A stretch of 64,000 nt of DNA from Elusimicrobiota bacterium (lineage in GTDB: Bacteria > Elusimicrobiota > Elusimicrobia > UBA1565). The notes under the pieces are model-generated. The model saw nothing but the letters and a program-made list of their open reading frames with translations, was not told where the DNA came from and made no database searches. The stretch is from the NCBI GenBank assembly GCA_002401485.1, contig NVTF01000002.1:4299-68298 (forward strand), in the 5' to 3' direction. Position numbers and translations under genes: made by a program. Each line of letters begins with the position of its first letter. The stretch's first letter is position 1. Of the stretch, positions 58,401 through 64,000 are shown piece by piece.

Positions 58401-59077
58401 TCGCACCGTCAGATCCCGAGATATTGAGTGTAACCGTCAACATTCCCTCCAATTCGCTTCCGGAAGGAACGACTGTTGCGATCAACACCGGGGTCGCGTT
58501 CTTCCTGCCCCCGCCGATTTCCAATCAAATGTCGCTGACGCCGCTCGGAGGCGTCGGCATCGAAATCGACACCGGCGGCGTACAGCCGGTCAACCCGGTT
58601 ACAATCACGATGATCTACGACCCGGCCGCGCTGCCGTCGGGAAAAAATCCACGGTCTCTCATTATGGCGCGCTACGACGTCGCGTCCGCGCAATGGACCC
58701 TAATGCCCACAACCGTCGATACAATTGCCCGTTCCGTCACGGGCATTACCGATCATTTCTCTTTGTTCGCTCCGTTCTTTGCGACGGCCTCAACGGCATT
58801 CGACGCGATTCAAATCTTCCCTGTTCCGTGGGAACCCGGAGCGAACACTCAGTTTGACGCGCAGGTTCTAACCTTCTCCAACCTGCCGGGTGGGACCGAG
58901 GTTGAGATTTACTCCATTCTGGGCGAACGCCTGCGCCGAATGACCGCTCCGCCCAACGGCATCGTCCAATGGGACGGGCGAAACGGCAGCGGCACCCGTG
59001 CCGCTTCGGGCACCTATCTCGTGCTCTTCAAAAAGGATGGAGATCGTACGACGCGACGCGTGGTGGTAATCCGATGA
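43436..59077 (+). CDS. Giant (5,213-aa) secreted protein: ~50 tandem fibronectin-III-like repeats with a T9SS-type C-terminal sorting domain
   Basis: Single uninterrupted 15,642-nt ORF with a signal peptide (MLRITAVFFCVIASVPIFSGTSTA). Roughly 95-aa units recur with the [NT]TTYY[FLST][RK][VI][RK] hallmark of FN3 F-G strands. The C-terminal ~90 aa (IQIFPVPWEPG...VEIYSILGERL...WDGRNGSGTRAASGTYLVLFKKDGDRTTRRVVVIR) fits the Por_Secre_tail / FlgD-Ig-like CTD pattern. Confidence 0.85.
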   Translation: MLRITAVFFCVIASVPIFSGTSTAATPTSVQFTTATTDSIEITWTLESSGQIPLYALSTVENFSTTIASATGAVGQENILIQSLLKNTTYYFKVKVSTENDSTYTSTIALATLAAPPGAAPSVVLSSGDIIVSWTHDGNATDTEYSGELYEDPAFLTQLAVLPFQTGSSFTATDLDPNTTFYFRVRAQNRQGIVTGYRILPAALTHSSPAAASQPTNVFGARMTANWITDLSANTQYKAELSTVANFTGSNDQTTAFIAGANSNEFVGLLLGTQYFTRVKSRGFNLVESVYTTLPTTTTQVFLETPPPSNVLSSSATTTTLGYSWTMQNSNEAPLIALADNFDFTSLVSSLTAGVNQSSHQFTGLAINNTYWFKIKVSTANDFFYTVKIETATHAADPIASLTTVLSSADINVSWTANGNPPDTLYDVSIFDDDTYQNSLGKSGFTTVLNSTIPTLTPATTFYFHVQAFNRLLTPTTAVILTEAMTFAEPPTASQPQDVLDTKFRTHWNPGLNPPGVLFRAQLSTATNFTGSLDLTSGFVPDISSFTFSGLALGKTYYTRVQARNAAGQTTGFVNLPSTETLNQPAALPPTNIVAGTATLTAIDLDWKLGSPGQTPLFAISESSDFVTTVSSITGGIGQEIVSLGGLNANTTYYFKIKVSTVNDIFYSATLTTATLAAAPLSAAPVVISTSEIQANWTHGVNPTDTQYSGEYARIADFTSLDGSSDFSEGTSLNVPGLKSNTTYYFRIRARNRFEIQTTTTILPTAVTLAEDATAALLIDIFNTNFKLEWSTGTNPIGTEFFAETSTATDFSGSADINSSWLPNISSFTFVGLTPDTTYYAHVKSRNVAAVETAFTTTLSTLTTTIENIPAPTNILAGDVSTATLRINWTLGSPGQAPLYAFSTNSNFTTTFSSETGTVGQNTKTVLGLTPNATYYFKIKVSTANDFLFSPTFSTATHAQVPVSSPTLVTSSGSLLGQWGVDQNPPGTEYSGEISDTSNFASILAESPFGTDTFVSITNLNANTTFYLRVRSRNWNGVESSTIALPTAVTLAARPTSGLPTDVLDTRLSAHWNVGSNPVGTEFSVEIASDPTFTDDFQASAFQADMTSFTFLNLSLDTTYYTRVRGRNHAGVPSSYFSLVSTKTLPFEAVLPPINIQIATITTTDLGYSWTLLSAAQSPFYVFGEDPLYAVTVTSESGGVNQSSHVVSGLSINTSYFFQVKVATAPDFFYSITFETATHANPPTSQPSVVLSSANIQVDWNVNGNPPGTQFLAELSFNAGFGGIASASPWTGASQFIAPGLTPNTTYYIRVRGRNSSNVHTATVPLNAQCTFADVIAPSLAPAPGPTQMGLTWVRAANPLGTEFKSEIDDDPAFGTPDATTWLTGTATTFFNLTPNTTYYSRVRARNCQNVETANIILATTATSAAIPSADTASGITISTIVANWGSNGNSAGTVYSAEIASENTFVVNYASIPFAAVFASTFTGLAANTTYYIRVRARNWAGLETATQLLAQESTDAEGPGSQSPTVVTNDQVTLNWSAGGNPAGTFFQTERSTDSNFNGTLFASPFLTSTSHAFGSLIGGTTYYFRVKARSHNGNDTAWVALPSTMTLPSPPTSQIPQNVFGSRLRAHWGVLTNAIGSQFFAALSTGTNYTGSLDQNTGWVTDLSSNTFLSLTLDTTYYTRVKARNAKLEESSFTNLPSTLTLNFLETLPPTSVSIDTVTTTSLDASWILENPTMAAHYKFSTLLNFSTIASSETLGVAVSSISLSPIAPNTTFYFKIKISTADDLFFSDVLSTATAVLDPGVLTPVTLSSADVAALWEHTGNPAGTEFLAERATNPGFSTGLANGGWTTLNGSTFTSLTPNTTYYLRVRSRGHNSAVKPPVVLGSTITRAEVPSSPTSTLLSSAGIFVSYSTGSNSGPTEFLIEISSVAGFTPLTATAGWATIRESTFTGLIPNTLYYARAQARNAAKEVTAFATVPSTRTFAQPPSALGPVPVFGRTLTVNWLGGNNPSGTEFFAEVSTATGFTGSLDQDSAWITSLSHTFTGLALNTTYYSRVRARNGDFVATPFTALFSTMTLPFEDTLPPNNILYSTASPTSVDVSWSLLVAFQAPFYALSTDPDFTTTASSQAGIPGQESVSIGGLTVNTTYYFKVKVSTAQDLFYSMAIATATEAVTPIVGPGVTLSSSNISLTWGGSANPAGTEFLAEAAVNSGFSAGLASGPWSAGFSSTFSALSVNTTYYLRVRARNHYGHPTPADVAAPIATDAEPPTAGAPTSITSATFAANWGAASNPAGTLFLVERATDTAFGGALVNSGWSTALASTFTALIPNTTHFLRVRARSNNGNQTANTSLPTVLTLAEPPASAPFTNVFDIQLTAHWGLGANPSGTEFFTELSSAADYSGSADQNTGWAANLSSNTFFGLAKATTYYLRTKARNAAFIETSFVPIGSTVTLTFDALLPPTQIVFTTATTTTLDATWTLENASQSPLFALSSVDDFATTISSLTGSVAQSSATFNALAINTTYYFKIKVSTAIDLFYSSPISTATLAAVPISSPSVIISSVSLAAHWLLGANPTGTQFLAEAALDTLFSSGLSSNAWTSNLVSSFTALSVNATYYLRVGARNWSGIKTATVSLPTRATNAGLPGTGTPVVLSSNDARGEWTAGVNPAGTLFQASLSTDSAFSPASTAAWTPLTNSTFTGLSVNTTYYWRVLARSHNGSQTANVSLTTTPTLADIPVAGTPAAISSTNVRADWNSGNNPAGTEFRAELATDSLFTTNTASASWTILTDSTFTALTPNTTYYTRVRARNHAGVETSTVALTEVPTNAAIPISLTPVILSTADFSLSWTANNNPAGTLFLAEMGTDPDISAGVQTSGWINATFTTFTALSPNTTFYARVRARNHAGVVTTTDAVRTAVSAAKDPVSIDPVVLSSADISARWDTDGNPSNTEFFAEAALNSGFSVGLMNNGWLTGSASTFTTLTPNTSYYLRVKARSHAGVETGFTTLPTTMTFSDPPTSQPLTRVFGSKLTTHWGSASNPPGTRFSAEVSTATDFTGSNDQTTAFIAELSYTFVGLILDTTYYSRVRAENLRGALSAYTALPTTTTLASETLPPTNISFDTATATSLDASWILDNPTQTPFYALDVSSAFAAPASSVTGSVGQSSASIGGLIPNTTYWFVIKVSTALDIFYSIPLASPTLAAAPTSGASGAVSDGSILAVWNANANPAGTEFFAERALDAAFTASPTNSGWITNTSFIFSPLSANTTQYIRVRARNLNRVETSTVSLGAVVTLAKLPSAPASVGLSSADVFVSWSTGTNPTGTQFLVEISTHAGFATLADFAGWTDFRESTFTGRTPNTLHYSRVKARNAVNIETSFVAIPSTWTFAEQPSTGAPTNILGEAITTTWGIGGNPAGTEFFVEISTAVSFLGNADQNSGWVTTSSHTFNGLILATTYYSRVKARNGVLQETAFTILAATLTLQSQSALPPTNIQFTTASVVSLDLSWNMRNPTEAPLYALSLFPNFITTISSQTGTLGQENVTLTGLGANTTYYFKIKVSTSQDQFYSSVISTATQAKDPGAPAAVAISSNDLQLDWNANGNPAATEFLAEAALDSGFTVGLTSGPWAAGTSSTFTSLSVNTTYFTRVRARNHNHHHTDLVSASAAATLAEPPSTSAIVFASTWITVNWILGANPAGTEFRAEASTDAVFAAAFSQSGWVTGFSETFTSLIPNTTYYLRLRARSHSGTATTASQFPNVHTLAFTPGSLSPDRKFATRITNQWLRLSNPLVTEFFTEISTAADYSGAADQNSNWVANSSHTFTGLIVNTTYYSRVKARNGLGVETAITMLPTTTTLLTETLPPDGIRFDTATVSTLDVSWQLDNPTQTPFYALSLVSNFATTISSTIGALAQSSASIGGLSLNTTYWFTIKVSTAIDLFYSNPIATPTLAGVAASSPSVTLTSTSLQAHWLINGNPGGTEFLAEAALDPSYTSGVASGTWATPLVSTFTALSVNATYYLRVRARNWAGIETSTLTLPETVTHAALPSTAATAALSTGSLAATWTANSNPAGTLYIAETSTSAAYDTLATTGWNAVASATFTALLPNATYYLRVRARNHAGVETVNVNFDPRATDARDPLTGTPVTLSSADLRAVWGADTNPASTHYFSQISLDAAFTTGLASAGWVTGTTSTFSALVPNTSYYLRVKARSHGGVESGYTTLPTTMTFARPPASLIGEQVFATQLTARWDVLNNPVGTEFLAQLSTAANFSGTLLPSGWTTNSSHTFTGLSNTTTYYSRVQARNAHLAVSAFTSLPTTVTLTAEALPPTNILFATSTSTTLDVSWTLDNASQAAFFALGISSNFAAPISSATGNVNQSTASFGALTANTTYWFRIKVSTASDLFYSVPIATMTRASAPLAGTPVALSSVALRAGWTANGNPAGTQFLPEAALNTVFTVGVVSGTWTTGLTQDFSGLSSNATYYLRVRGRNGHHIETATTTLTATATHAGAPGSAAASQQSSTTVRVNWTANGNLSPTSYVAEIATSAAFASLTASSTTFETFADFAGLDTSKLYFSRVLAIGHGGTNSVNTSLPDAVTLATAPTGGSIISVFGQSVTLDWNVNGNNVGTEFQLEHSTAANFTGTLVKSLWITQSSHTFAALQAVTTYYFRVKARNPGLVETNFLVLPSTLTLTPPNAPTAVAFTNATIASLDLAWTHGNLGITPLYALSTRDDFATTVSSQTGVVNQETVTLSGLSANTTYYFKVKFSTETDDGYSFPIATATLAAVPSAPSQTAVTTHSVSASWSGGSNGPNTVYIWELDDDPGFGSVDASSSTLTTAATIAGLFGNTRYFGRVRAVNHQGNPSENSSLGAFATLARAPIAVASPFVTVTFTSVTVQWTAFPSSPSSTSAQGFVVEASTASDFSGTISSNSILALTDRLALAGLADLPTLFFRIGSLNPDLTPNYLSLGSTLPLTAATTGQMFMNAEPFSVTLAPSDPEILSVTVNIPSNSLPEGTTVAINTGVAFFLPPPISNQMSLTPLGGVGIEIDTGGVQPVNPVTITMIYDPAALPSGKNPRSLIMARYDVASAQWTLMPTTVDTIARSVTGITDHFSLFAPFFATASTAFDAIQIFPVPWEPGANTQFDAQVLTFSNLPGGTEVEIYSILGERLRRMTAPPNGIVQWDGRNGSGTRAASGTYLVLFKKDGDRTTRRVVVIR
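43500..58300 (+). repeat. Coding tandem-repeat array: 13 super-repeats of A-B(n)-C FN3-like units (~845 to ~1,950 nt each)
   Basis: A-type units (...TTYYFKIKVSTAxDxFYS) begin near 43711, 44551, 45400, 46245, 47089, 48770, 49890, 51010, 52960, 54080, 55200, 56590 and 57700. Between them lie 1-5 B-type units (...TTYYLRVRARNHAGVET) and one C-type unit (...TTYYSRVKARN). Nucleotide identity between equivalent units is roughly 75-85%. Confidence 0.8.
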
Positions 59078-60108
59078 GGATACTCAGCGCGCTTCTTACT
59101 GTACTGCTCGCGAGTCAGCCCGCGTCCGCCCTCAGCAGCAACCGCGGGGGAGCGGCGATGGAATTCCTTCGCATCGGCGCAGGAGCGCGGGCGCTTGGAA
59201 TGGGAGATGCGTTTGCGCCCATCGCCGAGGGCGCCGACAGCGTTTATTGGAACCCGGCAGGCATGGTCCAAAGTCGGCATCTCGAAATCTCGGCGACGCA
59301 TATCGATATGCTCGAGTTTTTCAGTCATGACAACTTCGCCGTTATCAAACCCTTCCCCAAATCCCGCAACGCAATTGGATTCTCCGCGACCTTCTTCTCG
59401 CAGGACAGCCTCAATCGCGTGTCCAACACAAACCAACAACTCGGCTCTTTTAGACCCCACAGCGAGTCATTTTCCTTTGCGGTGGCTCATGCCTTCGGCA
59501 AAGGCGATACACTGGCGGACAGCGGAGGTCTCTACGATTTCAAAGACAGGTCCATTTATGAGATCAACCGACGCGGAGACCGGAGCCGTCACTTCCGCGC
59601 CGGCAATGTAATGGTCGGAGCCGCCGTAAAACACGTACGGGAAACTCTCAATACACGAACGGCGACCGCGTTGGCCATCGACTTCGGAGTACTCGCACGT
59701 CCGGAGTCGATCCCGGAATTATCAATTTCCGGAACGATTCGAAATTTCGGATCGCGACCGAAATTCATAAACGAACTGCAGGATCTACCGACGGAATTCT
59801 CGGCTGGAGCCGCGTACAACATTTCGAGCCAACGCCGACGCTTCCTAACCGCCGTGGAAGCCATCGTCCCAATCTACGGAACACCGTACGGAAAATTAGG
59901 ATTCGAATATTCGCTCGCGATTTCCGGTTCCAGCTTCATTTCTTTCCGAGGCGGCTATAAATCGTTGTCGGCGCCGACGCTGGGAATCGCCAGCGGCGTC
60001 ACAGGAGGCATCGGGTTCGGGTTCGGTCGTTTTACGTTCGATTTTGGATTCCAGCCGATGGGGGATCTTGGGGAGGCTTATCGTGGCAGCGCCGGTTTCA
60101 GATTCTAA
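59074..60108 (+). CDS. PorV/PorQ-family-like outer-membrane beta-barrel protein (putative T9SS cargo shuttle)
   Basis: ATG at 59074 overlaps the giant gene's stop (ATGA). Signal peptide MRILSALLTVLLASQPASA; the N-terminal AAMEFLRIGAGARALGMGDAFAPIAEGADSVYWNPAGM matches the hallmark of PorV/PorQ-family proteins; C-terminal ...GSAGFRF ends in Phe as in OM barrels. The 58969 start given in the ORF table lies inside the giant gene. Confidence 0.6.
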   Translation: MRILSALLTVLLASQPASALSSNRGGAAMEFLRIGAGARALGMGDAFAPIAEGADSVYWNPAGMVQSRHLEISATHIDMLEFFSHDNFAVIKPFPKSRNAIGFSATFFSQDSLNRVSNTNQQLGSFRPHSESFSFAVAHAFGKGDTLADSGGLYDFKDRSIYEINRRGDRSRHFRAGNVMVGAAVKHVRETLNTRTATALAIDFGVLARPESIPELSISGTIRNFGSRPKFINELQDLPTEFSAGAAYNISSQRRRFLTAVEAIVPIYGTPYGKLGFEYSLAISGSSFISFRGGYKSLSAPTLGIASGVTGGIGFGFGRFTFDFGFQPMGDLGEAYRGSAGFRF

Positions 60109-60110
60109 CT

Positions 60111-63100
60111 CATGACTTCTCGCTTCCCTTATTTTCGATTTCTACTCGCGCTGCTGCTCTTGGGGGCAGGATTTGCGCCGCGCGTTGGCGCGGTCGAGAA
60201 ACTTGATGGCCGCCTGCGGCTTCTCCAACAGCAATCGAATTCGGGCGGTGGGTATCGCACGGCTGACGTTGACGACACCGGACCGATTATTTTGGTCCCG
60301 ATCTTCATCGAAATCAATTCCTGGGCCACGCGGGATATTTTGGTGGCTCGGTATCCTGAAATACGGTTCTCAGGGCAACACGGCAATATCCTGACGGGGC
60401 GCTGCCCCATCTCGTCGCTGGCAGCCTTAGCCGCCGACCCCGATGTACTGCGCGCCCAAGCCGGCACCCAGCAGCGCCCCCTGCTCAACGTCGTAAAGTC
60501 GACGATCATAACCTCCGGAAACTTTCTCGGAATTGTCGATGAGGGGTCTCCGAACTTCGGAACCCGGGATGGGAGCAACGTCATTTTCGGCATCGTTGAC
60601 AGCGGCGTCGACTACACACACGAGGATTTCATTACCGGCGCGGGATTTACCCGCATCCTCTTTCTCTGGGATCAAACCGATGAAATCGGGGCTCCGGGGA
60701 CCTTCCATCCCGATGGGTTTACAGTCGGGACCGAGTGGACCGAGGCTCAAATCAACGATGAAATTGACGGCTCTCCCGCCGGCAACGTGCGCCAAACCGA
60801 TACCGTCGGCCACGGCACACACGTCCTCGGCATCGCCGCGGGCGACGGAAGCGCAACGGACGGCGACGTAGCGGCCAATACATTTGTCGGAATTGCACCC
60901 GACGCCGACATCATTGTGGTCAAAACCACATTATTTAATACCGACATTTTGGACGGCGTGCGCTACATTGTCGACAAAGCGGCCTCCCTCGGTAAACGTG
61001 CGGTGATCAATCTCAGCCTCGGGTCCCACTCGGGTCCGCACGACGGCACGAGTTCGTATGAAACAGGCATCGCACTGGTCGCCTCCACCGTTCCCGTTGT
61101 CATCGCGATGGGCAACGAGGCCGCAAGTGCGATTCACGCGGCCGCAACCGTCGCCCCGGCCGGTGAAGAAACATTTCAGTTTACGTTGGCCGGATCTCCG
61201 TCTTCCGTTGAGACGGAGTTCTGGGTGCCCTCAGGAGACCTGTATACGGTTACGGTGACAACCGCGGCAGGAGGCTCGGGTGCTGTATCGGCAACTCCGG
61301 GTCAGGATATCTCGAGCACCATCGGAGCCCTGAATGTCGCGATTTTTAACTCACCGACGAGCCACCCGGCGGGAGACCGCCAAATCCTCATCCGACTGAC
61401 CCAGAGCCCGAGCATAAATGCAACCAACTTTTTTGTTCGCATGCAGCGCAGCGCCAGCGGCGGATCCGGCCGAGTCGACGCCTGGATTGTAAACTTCGCG
61501 AACGTCTCCTGGGTTAATTTCATCGAATCAAGCCGTACGATCAGCGTTCCCGCTACCGCCAACAATGTTATTGCAGTTGGGTCCTATTGTTCCAAACGGA
61601 CCTGGACCGCCGATGACAATCTCGTCTACAACGACACGTCCTGCACCGCCGGTTTGCTGGGCGATATTTCCAATTCCAGCTCGCTCGGTCCTACACGTGA
61701 CGGACGCCTCAAACCCGATGTTGCCGCACCCGGCCAACGGGTAGCGTCCGCCCAATCCGTGAGCAACACCGGTGAACCTATCGCCAATATCCAAAAGGAC
61801 GGAAAACACCGGCTGATTAGCGGGACGAGCATGGCGAGCCCGGTCATCGCCGGGGCCGCGCTGCTTGCTCTCGAATCGGATCCGGACCTGACGGTTGAGG
61901 AATTTAGAACCTTGATTACCAGCCACGCTCGCGTCGATGCGAAGGTGGCGGCCCACGGGGCCACTCCCAACACCTTATGGGGGTACGGCAAGGCCCGGAT
62001 ATTTGGATGCGGGGACGTCATCGTCTCCTCCGCCGCATCCGTTGTCTCCGATGTACTGGGAACCTCTTCAATTTCATGGAACTGGTCCCGGGTGGCCGGC
62101 GCGCAGGACTACAATCTCTATTTTGCCGATACACTGGCGCTGATCACGAACGTATCCGCTACAACCTATCTTCAGACCTCCCTCCAAGGAAATTCGACGG
62201 TCCAGTTCCTCGTGCGCGGCAACAACGCCTGCGGCGAGGGCCCCGACGGGGTTTCAGCCTCCACCTCGACCCTCTCGATTTTAACCGCCGCGCCGGTGTT
62301 CAGCGTATTCGAATCAAGCATCACGGGCGTATTTGGAGTGCTGCCGACCTCCCCCCGTTCCGCTTCCAGCTTCGGATACCAACTAGACGCCTCAACAACA
62401 GCCGATTTCTCCGCAACGATAATCACGTCCGCAACCCCCAACAATCAAAACGGATCGCTGACCGTGACGGGGTTGCTGGCGTTTACGTCGTATTACATGC
62501 GACTGGGAACTCTCAATGAAGTGGGAGGCGTTAATTTCGCGTTGCTCGGCATTCAATTTACAGAAACCCCTTTAAACCCTCCCGGCATCGCGGTTTTTAC
62601 CAACGTCACCGAGACTCAGATTGAGGCGAATTGGGTTCTCAACGGAAACCCCGCAGGCCTCGAGTATATCGCCCAAACATCGACCGCCTCTGATTTTTCG
62701 GGAACATTGCTGAGCAGCCAGACATTCGCGCTCAAGGCCCTCTTCACCGGGTTGACCGAGAATACGCAATACCACTTTCGAGTCCGCGCCACCGAAGGTC
62801 CGTTTGCCTCCCTCAATTTTGAAGAAACACTCTCCGCCGCTCCGAAGATTTCTACTCCCGCGTTTACATCCGTCAGCCGCACAAGCGTCACGGTTGCGTG
62901 GAATGATCTCATCAACCCAGCGGGAACACAGTACAGGGCTCAAATTTCTCCGGCAGCGGATTTTGCGGTTTCGGTCATCTCCTCCGACACCCTTAATCTA
63001 ACCGCGACCTTCACAGGGCTCCTCGGAAATACGACCTACTACTTACGCACGGCGTCGCTTGGCATCGGAGGCGGTCTCAGCGCGTTTGACACCATCACGG

Positions 63101-64000
63101 CAAGTCCGACACTCACCAATGCTCCAACCTCTGCGGCTCCGCCGATCACAGGGGTATTTGCCTCATCGATCACGGTGGCGTGGAATGCCCTGCCAACCAC
63201 CCCCCCGGATCAAAGTGCCGAGGGATACCGCGTCGACGCGTCCACCGCCTCGGATTTTACCGGGACCTTAACCAGCCAGTTCATTTTCTCTCCGACCGCA
63301 AACTCATTAACCGTCTCCGGGCTGCTTCAAGACACAACCTACAATTTCCGCGTCGGCGCGCTTAATTGGCAAAACATCCCGTCCTACCTTGCGCTCGGAT
63401 CGACCAAAACGGTAGGCCAGATCTTATCCTCGGGAACAGCCGTAAGCGGTCAAGCAATAACTCTCAATGTAAATCCCTCTGTCCCCGAGATTGTCACAAT
63501 TCAAGTCAAGGTACCGGCCAACACGTTCCCCGCCGGCACCGAAGTAGGGGTGAACGCGACAATCGGGACACTCCTGGCACCCCAATCAAGCCAGGGATCG
63601 GTCACCCTCCTTTCCGACCAAATCGGCGTCGATATTACCGCCTCTAACGGGAATCAACCGGTCAATCCCGTCGAAGTGCTCTTTACCTATTCCCCGGCAC
63701 AAATCCCGCCAAACATCAATCTCGATACGATCATTATCGGAAGATTGGATGGAGACAGTCCCTTGTGGACGCTGCTTCCTACGGTTCACGACCCGGTCAC
63801 AAGACAGTTCAAGACAGTCACAACTCATTTCTCTATTTTTTCGCCCTTAATCGTGACGGCATCGACCGATCTCGATGACATCCAAATATTCCCCGTGCCG
63901 TGGAAGACAGGAACCGGGGACCCCTTCTTTGATGCGTCGTTTCTCAGTTTCACCAATCTCCCTGCGGGCGGAAGAATCACCCTCTACACGATGCTCGGAG
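60111..64000 (+). CDS. Secreted subtilisin-like (S8) serine protease with FN3-like repeats and the same T9SS-type C-terminal module; 3' end truncated by window
   Basis: Frame was not flagged in the ORF table because it has no stop before the window end. Signal peptide MTSRFPYFRFLLALLLLGAGFAPRVGAV; catalytic triad GIVDSGVD (Asp), GHGTHV (His), GTSMASP (Ser); FN3-like units (NTQYHFRVRATEG, NTTYYLRTASLG, DTTYNFRVGALN); terminal ...DIQIFPVPWKTGTGDPFFDASFLSFTNLPAGGRITLYTMLG parallels the giant protein's C-terminus. Confidence 0.85.

Noticed and set aside
58969-59073. Upstream extension of the PorV-like gene (ORF table start at 58969)
   Set aside because: The extension lies inside the giant gene in another frame and encodes an Arg-rich peptide. 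The signal peptide begins at the ATG at 59074.
43436-59077. Dozens of 60-160-aa ORFs on both strands inside the giant gene (for example 53002-53484, 52226-52615, 55696-56850)
   Set aside because: All are nested within a single uninterrupted 15.6-kb reading frame with clear protein periodicity. Their products are Arg/Gly/Pro-rich with no motifs, consistent with GC-rich off-frame noise.

Overview
High-GC (~60%) bacterial chromosomal segment. It appears to be Gram-negative (Lol lipoprotein-export permease/ATPase, a phosphate-porin-like barrel, a PorV/PorQ-like barrel) and is probably from an uncultured lineage related to the FCB superphylum or Gemmatimonadota, judging by the T9SS-type C-terminal sorting domains. 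No rRNA, tRNA, CRISPR array or obvious transposase was seen.

Positions 1-43,300 are mostly housekeeping and envelope genes: murQ, ndk, two tandem CheY-like receivers, lysS, lolE/lolD, two class-IV aminotransferases, pheA, hsp20, a Na+/alanine symporter, a tandem M16 peptidase, a hutI/cyclodeaminase/ALDH/HAD operon, two sensor kinases, bcp, a ferredoxin, a GT-C glycosyltransferase and an acyl desaturase. Interspersed are many signal-peptide proteins of unknown function.

The most striking region is 43,436-64,000. A 15.6-kb gene encodes a 5,213-aa secreted protein made of about 50 fibronectin-III-like units. These are organised as 13 A-B(n)-C super-repeats and end in a T9SS-type C-terminal sorting domain. 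Its stop codon overlaps the start of a PorV/PorQ-like outer-membrane barrel gene. Next comes a subtilisin (S8) protease with FN3-like repeats and the same ~230-aa C-terminal module, which runs off the window. I interpret this as a T9SS cargo/shuttle cassette (giant adhesin or S-layer-like protein + PorV-like shuttle + surface protease).

Other findings worth a second look:
- Three unrelated secreted enzymes (a bacterial caleosin-like EF-hand protein, an M16 protease and an unknown) share a ~130-aa N-terminal module ending in FDG..G...VNAADA.
- A recurring GACC..CATATCAGG intergenic motif occurs upstream of three + strand genes.
- A likely frameshifted phosphate-porin gene follows a 600-bp low-GC non-coding island.
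- The hsp20 gene has a perfect-consensus sigma70 promoter.
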